Shown here piece by piece: positions 50,926 to 58,559 of a DNA stretch of 64,000 nucleotides. Position numbers and translations under genes: made by a program. The notes below the pieces were generated by a model, which ran no database searches, was not told where the DNA came from, and was given only the letters and a program-made list of their open reading frames with translations. Position 1 is the first letter of the stretch. The number at the start of each line of letters is the position of its first letter. The DNA lies in IMG/VR virus record IMGVR_UViG_3300014039_000024, positions 1 to 64,000 of that record, one strand, 5' to 3'. This DNA comes from a virus. Taxonomy: Duplodnaviria; Caudoviricetes.

Positions 50926-51012
50926 CAGTCACCTTTATACACCCGAAAAATGAATATTTATACATGAATATTCATACAGCCCTGATGAATAAATATTTTT
51001 TTCAAAAACCTA

Positions 51013-51040
51013 TTGACATTCAGCTCAAAAGTGGTATAAT
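51013..51040 (+). promoter_or_regulatory. Sigma-A promoter
   Basis: TTGACA-16-TATAAT with TG extension. Confidence 0.75.
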
Positions 51041-51072
51041 AGTAGTATCAAAAGAAAAGGAGATACACCATA

Positions 51073-51369
51073 ATGACTAACACCGAATTCCTCAAGACCC
51101 TCTCGCTCGAAAAAACGCGCCTCGAACACGAACTCATCACTGCCACAGAAAAGGCCGATAACCTCGATACGGTGGAAGCGCTTGCATGGACTGCGGTTAT
51201 TACCATGGAGCACGCGCCAGAAGAAGAATACACCCGTGAACAATGCGAAGCGCTGTATGATGCCTATGAACTGGCAATACGCGCAAGCGAAGAGCAAGCC
51301 GACTACGTAGAAGAAATTGAAAATGCAATTGAAAAAATCAAATCGTTAATAGAAATGTACGAGGACTAA
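51073..51369 (+). CDS. 98-aa acidic coiled-coil protein
   Basis: AAGGAG RBS; own promoter and terminator. Confidence 0.8.
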   Translation: MTNTEFLKTLSLEKTRLEHELITATEKADNLDTVEALAWTAVITMEHAPEEEYTREQCEALYDAYELAIRASEEQADYVEEIENAIEKIKSLIEMYED

Positions 51370-51388
51370 ACCTCGTACATTTTTTTTA
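51355..51388 (+). terminator. Rho-independent terminator overlapping stop codon
   Basis: ATGTACGAGG/CCTCGTACAT stem plus T-run. Confidence 0.8.
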
Positions 51389-51397
51389 TAAATGGTA

Positions 51398-51426
51398 TTG
51401 ACAAATGCCCTGTTATCTGCTACAAT
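51398..51426 (+). promoter_or_regulatory. Sigma-A promoter
   Basis: TTGACA-17-TACAAT with TG extension. Confidence 0.8.
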
Positions 51427-51458
51427 ATAAGTACAGTAAAGAAAAGGAGATAACAACA

Positions 51459-51587
51459 ATGTATGAATTCGAATTTATCAACAAAATCACTAACGAGCAT
51501 GACATTCGGCAATCGTTATACTGTAAAGCCCCGGACCTCGGTCCGGATTGGGAGCTTGTCTTTACAGAGTATGTGGAGGAGTATTAA
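51459..51587 (+). CDS. 42-aa acidic peptide
   Basis: AAGGAG RBS; MYEFEFINKITNEHDIRQ... Confidence 0.65.
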   Translation: MYEFEFINKITNEHDIRQSLYCKAPDLGPDWELVFTEYVEEY

Positions 51588-51588
51588 A

Positions 51589-51693
51589 ATGAGTGTACAT
51601 GACGGTTTAGTTTTACTTTTCATTTACCTTGCTACAATCGGCGCGGGCGCGCTGATTGAATGGGCAGAAAACAAGTTGAAAAAGAGAAGTTAA
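51589..51693 (+). CDS. 34-aa single-TM peptide
   Basis: GGAGGAG RBS; MSVHDGLVLLFIYLATIGAGALIEWAENKLKKRS. Confidence 0.65.
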   Translation: MSVHDGLVLLFIYLATIGAGALIEWAENKLKKRS

Positions 51694-51721
51694 AAAACTT
51701 CTCTTTTTTTACAAAAAATAC

Positions 51722-51750
51722 TTGACATTTTCCGCGGTTTGTGGTATTAT
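51722..51750 (+). promoter_or_regulatory. Sigma-A promoter
   Basis: TTGACA-17-TATTAT with TG extension. Confidence 0.75.
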
Positions 51751-51798
51751 AATTTCAGAAAGAGGAAGGATACCTCACAAACCAGAAAGGCTAATTCA

Positions 51799-51960
51799 AT
51801 GACTACTATCAAGACTCTTCTCGACGGCGTTCTCCCTGTCAAGCCCCTGTCCTATGTCCTCGGTGATGACTGGACGTATCTTTACTCCGACACCTACAAG
51901 GGTGTGGAATTTGACGTCCACGCCTGCATGAACGGCGAGGTCGTCGCGGTGTTAAATTAA
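51799..51960 (+). CDS. 53-aa hypothetical protein
   Basis: GAAAGG RBS; followed by AAGGG/CCCTT terminator. Confidence 0.7.
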   Translation: MTTIKTLLDGVLPVKPLSYVLGDDWTYLYSDTYKGVEFDVHACMNGEVVAVLN

Positions 51961-51996
51961 GGGTTGAAAAGCCCTTAATTTTTTTTACAAAAACTC

Positions 51997-52025
51997 TTGA
52001 CAAATCCAGAAGTAAGTGCTATGCT
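51997..52025 (+). promoter_or_regulatory. Sigma-A promoter
   Basis: TTGACA-17-TATGCT with TG extension. Confidence 0.7.
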
Positions 52026-52055
52026 ATAGATACAATAAGAAAGGGGATAGAAACC

Positions 52056-52313
52056 ATGAAGACTTACAACATTCTCACTATCGAACCGCCTTGCTCCGAC
52101 CAGAAGCTCGCCGGTAAATTCAATGTCGCTGATAATGAAAACTTCCTCGACCGATTAGAGGAAACGCTTTACATTCTCTTTGAATTAGAGCCGATGTTCC
52201 GCTATTGGAGACAAGACTTTCTCAAAAACCTGTCCACTTGCTTTACTTACCACTTATGCGAAAATTTCCGCGTAGAAAAGCACAGCAACGAAATTGTTAT
52301 TTATGAAATTTAA
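52056..52313 (+). CDS. 85-aa hypothetical protein
   Basis: AAGGGG RBS; own promoter and terminator. Confidence 0.75.
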   Translation: MKTYNILTIEPPCSDQKLAGKFNVADNENFLDRLEETLYILFELEPMFRYWRQDFLKNLSTCFTYHLCENFRVEKHSNEIVIYEI

Positions 52314-52358
52314 GGGCGAAAACGCCCTTATTTTTTTGAAAAAATCTGAAAAAAACTA

Positions 52359-52386
52359 TTGACAAACCCCAAATCTATGGTATAAT
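52359..52386 (+). promoter_or_regulatory. Sigma-A promoter
   Basis: TTGACA-16-TATAAT with TG extension. Confidence 0.75.
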
Positions 52387-52416
52387 AAGAGTATAAAAGG
52401 AAAGGGGATAGACCAA

Positions 52417-52578
52417 ATGACTATCGAAGAACTGAGTACAAAGCTGACTGAATGGATTGACCATTATGGAATCACTGAGGAATCCATGAACGATTTCGCA
52501 AACACATATGCGACCTCATATGAGGAATATAACGCCATCTGGGAAGAAATCTTGAATCCACTTTTGGAAAACAATTAA
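52417..52578 (+). CDS. 53-aa acidic protein
   Basis: AAGGGG RBS; MTIEELSTKLTEWIDHYG...ILNPLLENN; below ORF-track cut-off. Confidence 0.7.
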   Translation: MTIEELSTKLTEWIDHYGITEESMNDFANTYATSYEEYNAIWEEILNPLLENN

Positions 52579-52590
52579 AAATTTGAAATG

Positions 52591-52628
52591 AAAATTCAGC
52601 GGATTACATAAAAATCCGCTGAATTTTT
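52591..52628 (+). terminator. Bidirectional-type terminator
   Basis: AAAATTCAGCGGATT/AATCCGCTGAATTTT. Confidence 0.75.
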
Positions 52629-52644
52629 ATGCACCTTATCCCGC

Positions 52645-52773
52645 ATATTCATTTGGCCGGCCGTGCGCGACTGGCGCGGCCGGAATTTGCTGTCAATAAG
52701 CCATTTGCACAATTTTTATGGCGAAAGTTTGTGCATTATACCAATAGACAAAATCCCGTATGTGTGCTATACT
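52645..52773 (+). repeat. Early-arm element copy 3
   Basis: ATATTCATTTG, 27-nt hairpin CCGGCCG/CGGCCGG (52657-52683), TGTCAA, TGCACAA-16-TTGTGCA, promoter TAGACA-17-TATACT. Confidence 0.85.
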
Positions 52774-52823
52774 GTAATCACAGTAAGGGAAGGAAAACCC
52801 ATCAAACCGGAAAGGGAAAACGC

Positions 52824-53132
52824 ATGATTAACATTCGTTCTATTCGCAAGCTCGCTGACAATGATGGCCTGACGCTTAAATATGGCAAGGTCGTTCGTTA
52901 CAAGTCCGGCTGGCAAGTCGCCACCGAGGGCGTGGAGTGTGCGACCGCACGTGAAGCTATTAACGCGGTCAAAGAATATGGTGGCAACTGCGGCGTCTGG
53001 TTCGCAAATGGTATCTATTATATCGACCGTTCCAAGAGGGTCCAGACTAAAAAGGTCGCACTTGCCATTGGTCAGGCGCATAACCAAATCAGCGTATATG
53101 GCTGGGCTCGTGGCAATCTGGCTTATTGCTAA
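52824..53132 (+). CDS. 102-aa hypothetical protein
   Basis: GAAAGGG RBS before MINIRSIRKL; upstream part of the ORF call lies in the repeat element. Confidence 0.75.
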   Translation: MINIRSIRKLADNDGLTLKYGKVVRYKSGWQVATEGVECATAREAINAVKEYGGNCGVWFANGIYYIDRSKRVQTKKVALAIGQAHNQISVYGWARGNLAYC

Positions 53133-53139
53133 AAGAATT

Positions 53140-53179
53140 GCATATAGGGCTTGACAAATCGAGCCCTATATGCTACAAT
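53140..53179 (+). promoter_or_regulatory. Promoter with -35 inside a 12-bp inverted repeat
   Basis: GCATATAGGGCT-TGACAAATCG-AGCCCTATATGC; TTGACA-17-TACAAT. Confidence 0.8.
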
Positions 53180-53214
53180 ATGAATATCAAATGAAAGTGA
53201 AAGGGGACTCCAAA

Positions 53215-53484
53215 ATGGAAATTAAATATGCTCATGAGATGGCTGACAAAGCCAAAACTGCCCGCAAAAATAAGCGCGCAAAGGACAACGCGGTCGCCCG
53301 CGTATATATCGAAGAACATCTGATGAAAGATATCGAAGCGGCCGCGGACAAAGGCGAAAATACACTCTACCGTTGCCTCGTTGCCATCGAGGATGAGGCA
53401 GTTAAAGAAGCTGTCAAGGGTGTTATGCGCAACTACGGCTATGATGCCACATATACGAACGGGATTCTTTCTCTGTCGTGGTAA
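53215..53484 (+). CDS. 89-aa hypothetical protein
   Basis: AAGGGG RBS; terminator 53488-53515. Confidence 0.75.
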   Translation: MEIKYAHEMADKAKTARKNKRAKDNAVARVYIEEHLMKDIEAAADKGENTLYRCLVAIEDEAVKEAVKGVMRNYGYDATYTNGILSLSW

Positions 53485-53527
53485 ATAAAGAGGGGAAAAT
53501 TTTCCCCTCTTTTTTCAAAAATACCTC

Positions 53528-53556
53528 TTGACAAATATATGCAAGCATGATATAAT
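53528..53556 (+). promoter_or_regulatory. Sigma-A promoter
   Basis: TTGACA-17-TATAAT with TG extension. Confidence 0.85.
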
Positions 53557-53587
53557 ACAAGTATAATAAAGGAAAGGGGAAACTACA

Positions 53588-53944
53588 ATGAATAGAGATA
53601 TTTATAACATCCTAAAGAAAACTATGGCGTCCGGTATTCTTTCACCTATGGATTTGAATACTGCGGAACGCGCTTGCGAAAAGTATGAAAGAAATTTAGA
53701 GGACGCCCGCAAAGAACGCGAGTATCAGTCACAGCGAATGGTTAAGCTCGTCTATGAACTGCTCAATGACGCGGGTAAGCCCATCACACCGACTGAAATG
53801 CAGTTTATGGCGTTTAAGAAGTATGGCTATGAGTACGCCAATGGCAAATTCACTTGGTACTGTATGCAGTTATTCTTCGACCGTGAACTCAAACGCGAAC
53901 CCCGAGGGAATAAAGTTTATTATTCTATTCGAGAAAAAGAATAA
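53588..53944 (+). CDS. 118-aa protein with C-terminal winged-helix-like domain
   Basis: LLNDAGKPITPTEM..ELKREPRGNKVYYSI resembles wHTH wing. Confidence 0.6.
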   Translation: MNRDIYNILKKTMASGILSPMDLNTAERACEKYERNLEDARKEREYQSQRMVKLVYELLNDAGKPITPTEMQFMAFKKYGYEYANGKFTWYCMQLFFDRELKREPRGNKVYYSIREKE

Positions 53945-53954
53945 AAAAATAAGA

Positions 53955-53991
53955 AAAGGGGCTTGACAAAAGCCCCTTTCTTTGCTATACT
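53955..53991 (+). promoter_or_regulatory. Promoter with -35 at hairpin apex
   Basis: AAAGGGGCTT-GACAA-AAGCCCCTTT; TTGACA-17-TATACT. Confidence 0.8.
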
Positions 53992-54021
53992 TAATGTATC
54001 AAAGGAGAGGGGAATAAAAAA

Positions 54022-54093
54022 ATGGAATGTCCTTATTGCGATGAAAAGTGCGGAACTCATGCTCAATGTATAAAGTGCGGAAAGGGAAATTGA
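54022..54093 (+). CDS. 23-aa Cys-rich micro-ORF
   Basis: GGAGAGGGG RBS; MECPYCDEKCGTHAQCIKCGKGN. Confidence 0.5.
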   Translation: MECPYCDEKCGTHAQCIKCGKGN

Positions 54094-54094
54094 A

Positions 54095-54439
54095 ATGAAT
54101 ACAGAATTTCTAATTGTAGGTGGAATCTTTAGCGCAGTTATCAGTTTATTTGTGATGCTTATTTGTTGGTGCAACATGGATAAGCACCGTCCAGTAGTAA
54201 GAATCCTAACTGGTATTCTTATTTCATGTGCTATTGGTTATGCGCTTGTTGGGTCTGTTTTTTTGGAGCGCAGTGCCGATGAAAAAGCATGGAATAATGG
54301 TTATTGCTCTATCTGTGGAAATGAGATGAAATTTGTGAATGCTTCTCATGGCAGACATGGGACAGTTTATTATTATTGGTATTGTGATAAATGCGGGCAC
54401 ACATTAGAATTAACGTCTAATTTCAGAAAGGAAAATTAA
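54095..54439 (+). CDS. 114-aa membrane protein with C-terminal Zn ribbon
   Basis: Two hydrophobic helices; CSIC..CDKC. Confidence 0.75.
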   Translation: MNTEFLIVGGIFSAVISLFVMLICWCNMDKHRPVVRILTGILISCAIGYALVGSVFLERSADEKAWNNGYCSICGNEMKFVNASHGRHGTVYYYWYCDKCGHTLELTSNFRKEN

Positions 54440-54440
54440 C

Positions 54441-54647
54441 ATGAACGAAAAGAGTATTCCTCAGACCTTGAAAGAACAAGCAGAGGCCATCGAAAAGCTG
54501 GCACAGAGAATTTCAAAAGAAAGTCAGGCACTGCCAGACATGGAAGACCGCATTAGTGGAATGGAAATAGCGGATGCCCTGTTTTCATTTCAGTCAAAAA
54601 TGCGATATGAATTCAAATGGATTGCGGAATCCATGTGGGATGAATAA
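54441..54647 (+). CDS. 68-aa helical protein
   Basis: GAAAGGA RBS; terminator 54650-54686. Confidence 0.7.
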   Translation: MNEKSIPQTLKEQAEAIEKLAQRISKESQALPDMEDRISGMEIADALFSFQSKMRYEFKWIAESMWDE

Positions 54648-54696
54648 TTATTCGGGTGAGATAACCAAATCTCACCCGAATTTTTTGTTTCATTTG

Positions 54697-54883
54697 ACTA
54701 TTGACAAAACCATCTGGAAGGTGTATAATTCAGCCGGCCGCCAACGTACGCTGCGGCCGGAAATTCCAGTATATCACAGCTCCAGCAATTTGTCAAGCAA
54801 AAAATTGAAAAAAGTTACACAAATTATTTTTCCCAAATTTGTGCATTTTACCAGTAGACAAAACGCTATGAGCGTGTTATACT
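54697..54883 (+). repeat. Early-arm element copy 4 (complete)
   Basis: TTGACA-17-TATAAT (54701-54729); hairpin CCGGCCGC/GCGGCCGG 54734-54760; antisense promoter; CACAAATT/AATTTGTG; TAGACA-17-TATACT (54855-54883). Confidence 0.9.
54768..54796 (-). promoter_or_regulatory. Antisense sigma-A promoter in element 4
   Basis: Minus-strand TTGACA-17-TATACT with TG extension. Confidence 0.75.
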
Positions 54884-54918
54884 ATAATTGTTCCAAGGGG
54901 AACGGAAAGGTAAGGTAA

Positions 54919-55131
54919 ATGAAAATGACCAACTACGATATCCATGCTTTCGTCAAGACCCAGCTTCTTTATGCCGAGCAGATGCCCAGTGATGCCGAGC
55001 TCTTCAAACACAACGCATATGGCGCTGTCCAGTGGGAACTGTACCGCACCAACGACAAGGCACTTGAAAACAAGTGGAATGACGTATATGCGCCCAAGTT
55101 TGATAAAATTATCAAAAATTATTGGGCATAA
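54919..55131 (+). CDS. 70-aa hypothetical protein
   Basis: AAGGTAAGG RBS. Confidence 0.75.
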   Translation: MKMTNYDIHAFVKTQLLYAEQMPSDAELFKHNAYGAVQWELYRTNDKALENKWNDVYAPKFDKIIKNYWA

Positions 55132-55165
55132 GGGGTTGACAAAACCCCTTTCCCCATGGTATAAT
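55130..55165 (+). promoter_or_regulatory. Promoter with -35 at hairpin apex
   Basis: AAGGGGTT-GACAA-AACCCCTT; TTGACA-18-TATAAT. Confidence 0.75.
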
Positions 55166-55202
55166 ATCATCAATCCAAGAGAGAAAGAAAGAGGTAAATC
55201 AA

Positions 55203-55544
55203 ATGCTTATCAAAATGTCCAAACACGCCACGCAAGACCGCATCGACCGCTTGTTCTTCATCTATGATAATATCGGCATTGGTGAAGAGTATATCAACAG
55301 CGTAGAGGATGACGTGCTTTATACTATTACAACGACTGGCGTTCTGCTTGTGCGCAGTCCAAAAGATGGAACACTGATTACCGCCTATATCGCGGACATT
55401 GACAAAATCACCGCGATTTGGAGAAACAAGCACGGTGAGCGTCCTATGCCTGACAATCTTTACAAGCGCGTCCTCGCAAATGCGTTCTTTGACAGAATGT
55501 GGAACAAAATTGAAAAGGATGGTAAGAAAAATGTTGTTCGGTAA
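55203..55544 (+). CDS. 113-aa protein, possible BECR/RelE-like RNase fold
   Basis: SKHATQDR..R and TLITAY motifs. Confidence 0.5.
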   Translation: MLIKMSKHATQDRIDRLFFIYDNIGIGEEYINSVEDDVLYTITTTGVLLVRSPKDGTLITAYIADIDKITAIWRNKHGERPMPDNLYKRVLANAFFDRMWNKIEKDGKKNVVR

Positions 55545-55890
55545 AAAAGAAAAGAAATTCAATCCCTACGAGAACCACGCGGACGAACTTCTTTATGAGC
55601 TTTGGGACGTGGAACGCCACCTTGAAGAGTGTGTTGAAAAGTCAATTGCGCGGATAGGCGTTGTGTCTTTATATCCAGATGGGCCTGACCGCAGAAAAGC
55701 ACTATCTGATGCCGATGAAGCTAAACATTCCTTGCTTGTTGCTATTGGAGCATTTGATACATCCCGCATGGTTTACAATGATTATGTAAACAAGCATCAA
55801 GAAAACTTTGATAATCCGCGGAAGCCGTGGAAACACACAAGTCATGAAACCATTGAGCGGGTTTATAAGAATTTTTATAAGAGAGGTTAA
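55531..55890 (+). CDS. 119-aa hypothetical protein
   Basis: Start overlapping previous gene; MLFGKKEKKFNPYEN... Confidence 0.7.
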   Translation: MLFGKKEKKFNPYENHADELLYELWDVERHLEECVEKSIARIGVVSLYPDGPDRRKALSDADEAKHSLLVAIGAFDTSRMVYNDYVNKHQENFDNPRKPWKHTSHETIERVYKNFYKRG

Positions 55891-55895
55891 GTAAA

Positions 55896-56135
55896 ATGAA
55901 AATTACTGTTAAGAATAATAATAAACTTGTTCCGTTTGAAGATATCCCTATCGGTATGGTTTTCAAAGACCCTGTAAGTCGTGATATGTATTATATTAAG
56001 GCCGAATCGGTTCTTGATGAAAACACCGATGAAGAAGAACTAAACTCTTTCTGTGTTAGCAATAACACTTTTAACTGTTTCGGTCCTCAGTATATGGTTC
56101 AGCCCACCTACGGCGCAGAATTGATTATTCCCTGA
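55896..56135 (+). CDS. 79-aa hypothetical protein
   Basis: GAGG RBS, TGA stop. Confidence 0.75.
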   Translation: MKITVKNNNKLVPFEDIPIGMVFKDPVSRDMYYIKAESVLDENTDEEELNSFCVSNNTFNCFGPQYMVQPTYGAELIIP

Positions 56136-56245
56136 TAAAACCGAACATTTGTTCGCGTTTATTTCTCCCCCTTTCCAATGGCTTTGGCAGTTGAGCCTAT
56201 CAACTGCCACCCTTTCCAAAAATTATTTTTAAGGAGAATAGAAAA

Positions 56246-56425
56246 ATGGAAAATAAGGAAATGCTTAGCGAAGTGGTTGAAAAGGTCTGTGCGATGGCTC
56301 GTTATGGTATTCAGAAGCGTTTCGCTCCCGATGAAGCAGGGGCAAAGGAAATGATTGAGCGTGTTTCGCTCATTGAGGATAAGCTCGTTCCTATTCTCAT
56401 CGACCTTGAAGCTGTAGAAAGTTGA
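56246..56425 (+). CDS. 59-aa hypothetical protein
   Basis: AAGGAG RBS; MENKEMLSEVVEKVCAMARYG...; terminator 56429-56458. Confidence 0.7.
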   Translation: MENKEMLSEVVEKVCAMARYGIQKRFAPDEAGAKEMIERVSLIEDKLVPILIDLEAVES

Positions 56426-56468
56426 ATGAAAAATCACCCAATTTGGGTGATTTTTTTTGTTTAATTTC

Positions 56469-56622
56469 ACTATTGACAAAGTTCCTTAAATGTGATAAAA
56501 TCGCCGCGCGCGAACGGCTGTGGCGCGCCGAGTTTTTGTCAAGATGTAAGTTCAACAAATTTTTGTACGATTTTTTGGTTATTCTGCCAATAGACAAAAT
56601 TCCCAAAATCTGGTAATATAGT
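56469..56622 (+). repeat. Early-arm element copy 5 (antisense -10 missing)
   Basis: TTGACA-17-TAAAAT (56473-56501); imperfect CGCCGCG/CGCGCCG hairpin; TGTCAA directly after it; TAGACA promoter at 56591. Confidence 0.8.
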
Positions 56623-56649
56623 ATCATAAAAGGAAAGGGAGAAATCAAA

Positions 56650-57087
56650 ATGAAAAAGTACAGTGTTTATAAGTATAATAACCGCACATTCCGCGTTTAT
56701 GTGTCAGAGTGTGGATATGGCTTGGTTGATGTGGTCGTGCGCGAGGTCGTACACCCTGAGCGCAAGTTTTTCAAAACGAGATATTTCTATCAGAATATCT
56801 ACTGCACCGAAGATTTTGAAGAAATCAGCGATATTGAGCGGTCTGCCATAGCATGTGGTTTTGCTTTGGAAGAACAGCATCAGGCTTATGAAGCTAAAAT
56901 GGAAAAGGTGGTGTCAAGAATGATGTATGAAGAAGTTAATACCTATATACTCGAAGATTGGCTGAGCGCATGGGTAGAAACGTTCAATGATTGCGCGTGT
57001 TGTCCCTTGTCCGACCAGTGCGACCGCGAGGGCGGGATTGATAGTATAGTATGTGCAGATAGATTATTAGAGAAATTAAAAGAGTAA
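56650..57087 (+). CDS. 145-aa protein with C-terminal Cys cluster
   Basis: AAGGGAG RBS; CACCPLSDQC..C. Confidence 0.75.
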   Translation: MKKYSVYKYNNRTFRVYVSECGYGLVDVVVREVVHPERKFFKTRYFYQNIYCTEDFEEISDIERSAIACGFALEEQHQAYEAKMEKVVSRMMYEEVNTYILEDWLSAWVETFNDCACCPLSDQCDREGGIDSIVCADRLLEKLKE

Positions 57088-57102
57088 ATTAAAAATTTCT
57101 TA

Positions 57103-57131
57103 TTGACAATAATATTATAATATGATATTAT
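57103..57131 (+). promoter_or_regulatory. Sigma-A promoter
   Basis: TTGACA-17-TATTAT with TG extension. Confidence 0.7.
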
Positions 57132-57160
57132 TACAATAGAAAAAGGAAAGGGTGATATCT

Positions 57161-57634
57161 ATGAATACAATTCTTTTATTCGCGGGATGCACCGCAGTTA
57201 ATGTGATTCTATCAACCATTAAAAGCATCGTAACTGTCAAGGGCGGAAAGTTTATTGCATCTCTGATGAACGCTTTGACTTATGGATTTTATTCCTATGT
57301 CATTATTTTAACTTCCGCAGATGGTATGAGCGTTTGGGCAAAAATGGGCATTACTGCCGTCTGTAATTTCGTGGGCGTTTACCTTGTCAAGTGGATTGAG
57401 GAAAAAGCCCGCAAGGATAGGCTGTGGGAGATTCGAGCGACCATTCCCGCAAACAATACACAGGAAGTTCATTCTGCATTGAAGGACGTTCCACACAATT
57501 ATATTCTTAATGTGGGCAAGTATACTGTATTTAATATTTACTGTGCCACACAAAAAGAAAGTGCTATGGTCAAGCCGGTCTTAAATCAATATGGGGCAAA
57601 GTATTTTGTTTCCGAAAGTAAAAATCTTGATTAA
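57161..57634 (+). CDS. UPF0316 (DUF5698/DUF2179)-like membrane protein, 157 aa
   Basis: NVILSTIKSIVTVKG..ASLMNALTYGFY..CNFVGVYL; three TM helices plus soluble C-terminus. Confidence 0.7.
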   Translation: MNTILLFAGCTAVNVILSTIKSIVTVKGGKFIASLMNALTYGFYSYVIILTSADGMSVWAKMGITAVCNFVGVYLVKWIEEKARKDRLWEIRATIPANNTQEVHSALKDVPHNYILNVGKYTVFNIYCATQKESAMVKPVLNQYGAKYFVSESKNLD

Positions 57635-57648
57635 GGGGAGAAATTAAA

Positions 57649-58101
57649 ATGAAAGCTACTGGTATTATTCGCAGAATTGATGACCTTGGACGTGTAGTTA
57701 TTCCGAAAGAAATTCGACGCACTCTTAAAATTCGCGAGGGAGACCCACTTGAAATTTTCTTGGGAGAGCAGAATACAATCTGTTTCAAGAAGTATTGTGT
57801 CCTCGGTAAGATGGATGATGAAGTCCTGCGAGTAGCGGTTGAGATGGCAAGAAAGTCAAATCTTGCACCTATTGCAATTTATGACCGCGGAGAAAAGTTG
57901 AAAGGAATGGAGAACTTCCCATCTTACGTCCCCGACGAATGGAGAAATTATTCTGAACCTTTTCTTTATAATGCCACTTATGGTGTTTACCCCATCATTA
58001 CGAACGGTGATTTTGAGGGCTATGTTGTTTGTGACCACAGTAGTATTAGCGTTGAAATGGGAATGATTGCTCGCTATCTGAGTGTTGCAATTGAGGAATA
58101 A
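57649..58101 (+). CDS. AbrB/SpoVT-family transcription regulator, 150 aa
   Basis: MKATGIIRRIDDLGRVVIPKEIRRTLKIREGDPLEIF matches the SpoVT/AbrB N-terminal domain closely. Confidence 0.9.
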   Translation: MKATGIIRRIDDLGRVVIPKEIRRTLKIREGDPLEIFLGEQNTICFKKYCVLGKMDDEVLRVAVEMARKSNLAPIAIYDRGEKLKGMENFPSYVPDEWRNYSEPFLYNATYGVYPIITNGDFEGYVVCDHSSISVEMGMIARYLSVAIEE

Positions 58102-58103
58102 CT

Positions 58104-58289
58104 ATGAGAGTTGAAAAGAAATATCAGGTTGACTATAACGGGACGAACCCTTGGGGTCAAAGTTATGATAATCGAATGCTTTTTGATTCCGAGGAAGAAG
58201 CAGATGTTTTTATCGAAAAGCTGAAACAGGATGAAAATATCTATCAGGCATTCAAAACTGTTACAACCTGTTTCTATCACTTACATTAA
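58104..58289 (+). CDS. 61-aa hypothetical protein
   Basis: GAGGA RBS; terminator 58294-58332. Confidence 0.7.
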   Translation: MRVEKKYQVDYNGTNPWGQSYDNRMLFDSEEEADVFIEKLKQDENIYQAFKTVTTCFYHLH

Positions 58290-58342
58290 AAATATTTTGA
58301 GACGAGATAACCAAATCTCGTCTCAAAATTTTATCTATTTTA

Positions 58343-58527
58343 CCTATTGACAAATAGGCTCAGGTATGATAAAATGGCCGGCCGTTTGCGTCTGCCACGG
58401 CCGGAATTTCAATTATACCACCATCCCAACAATTTGTCAATAGACAATTTGAATAAAAATCTCGCACTTAAATTTCCCGATTTTGTGCATTTTGCCAATA
58501 GACAAATCAATACTGACCTGTTATACT
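58343..58527 (+). repeat. Early-arm element copy 6 (complete)
   Basis: TTGACA-17-TAAAAT (58347-58375); hairpin CCGGCCGT/ACGGCCGG 58378-58404; antisense promoter; TAGACA-17-TATACT (58499-58527). Confidence 0.9.
58412..58440 (-). promoter_or_regulatory. Antisense sigma-A promoter in element 6
   Basis: Minus-strand TTGACA-17-TATAAT with TG extension. Confidence 0.8.
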
Positions 58528-58559
58528 ATAGATACAGTAAAGGAAAGGGGAACAACAAA

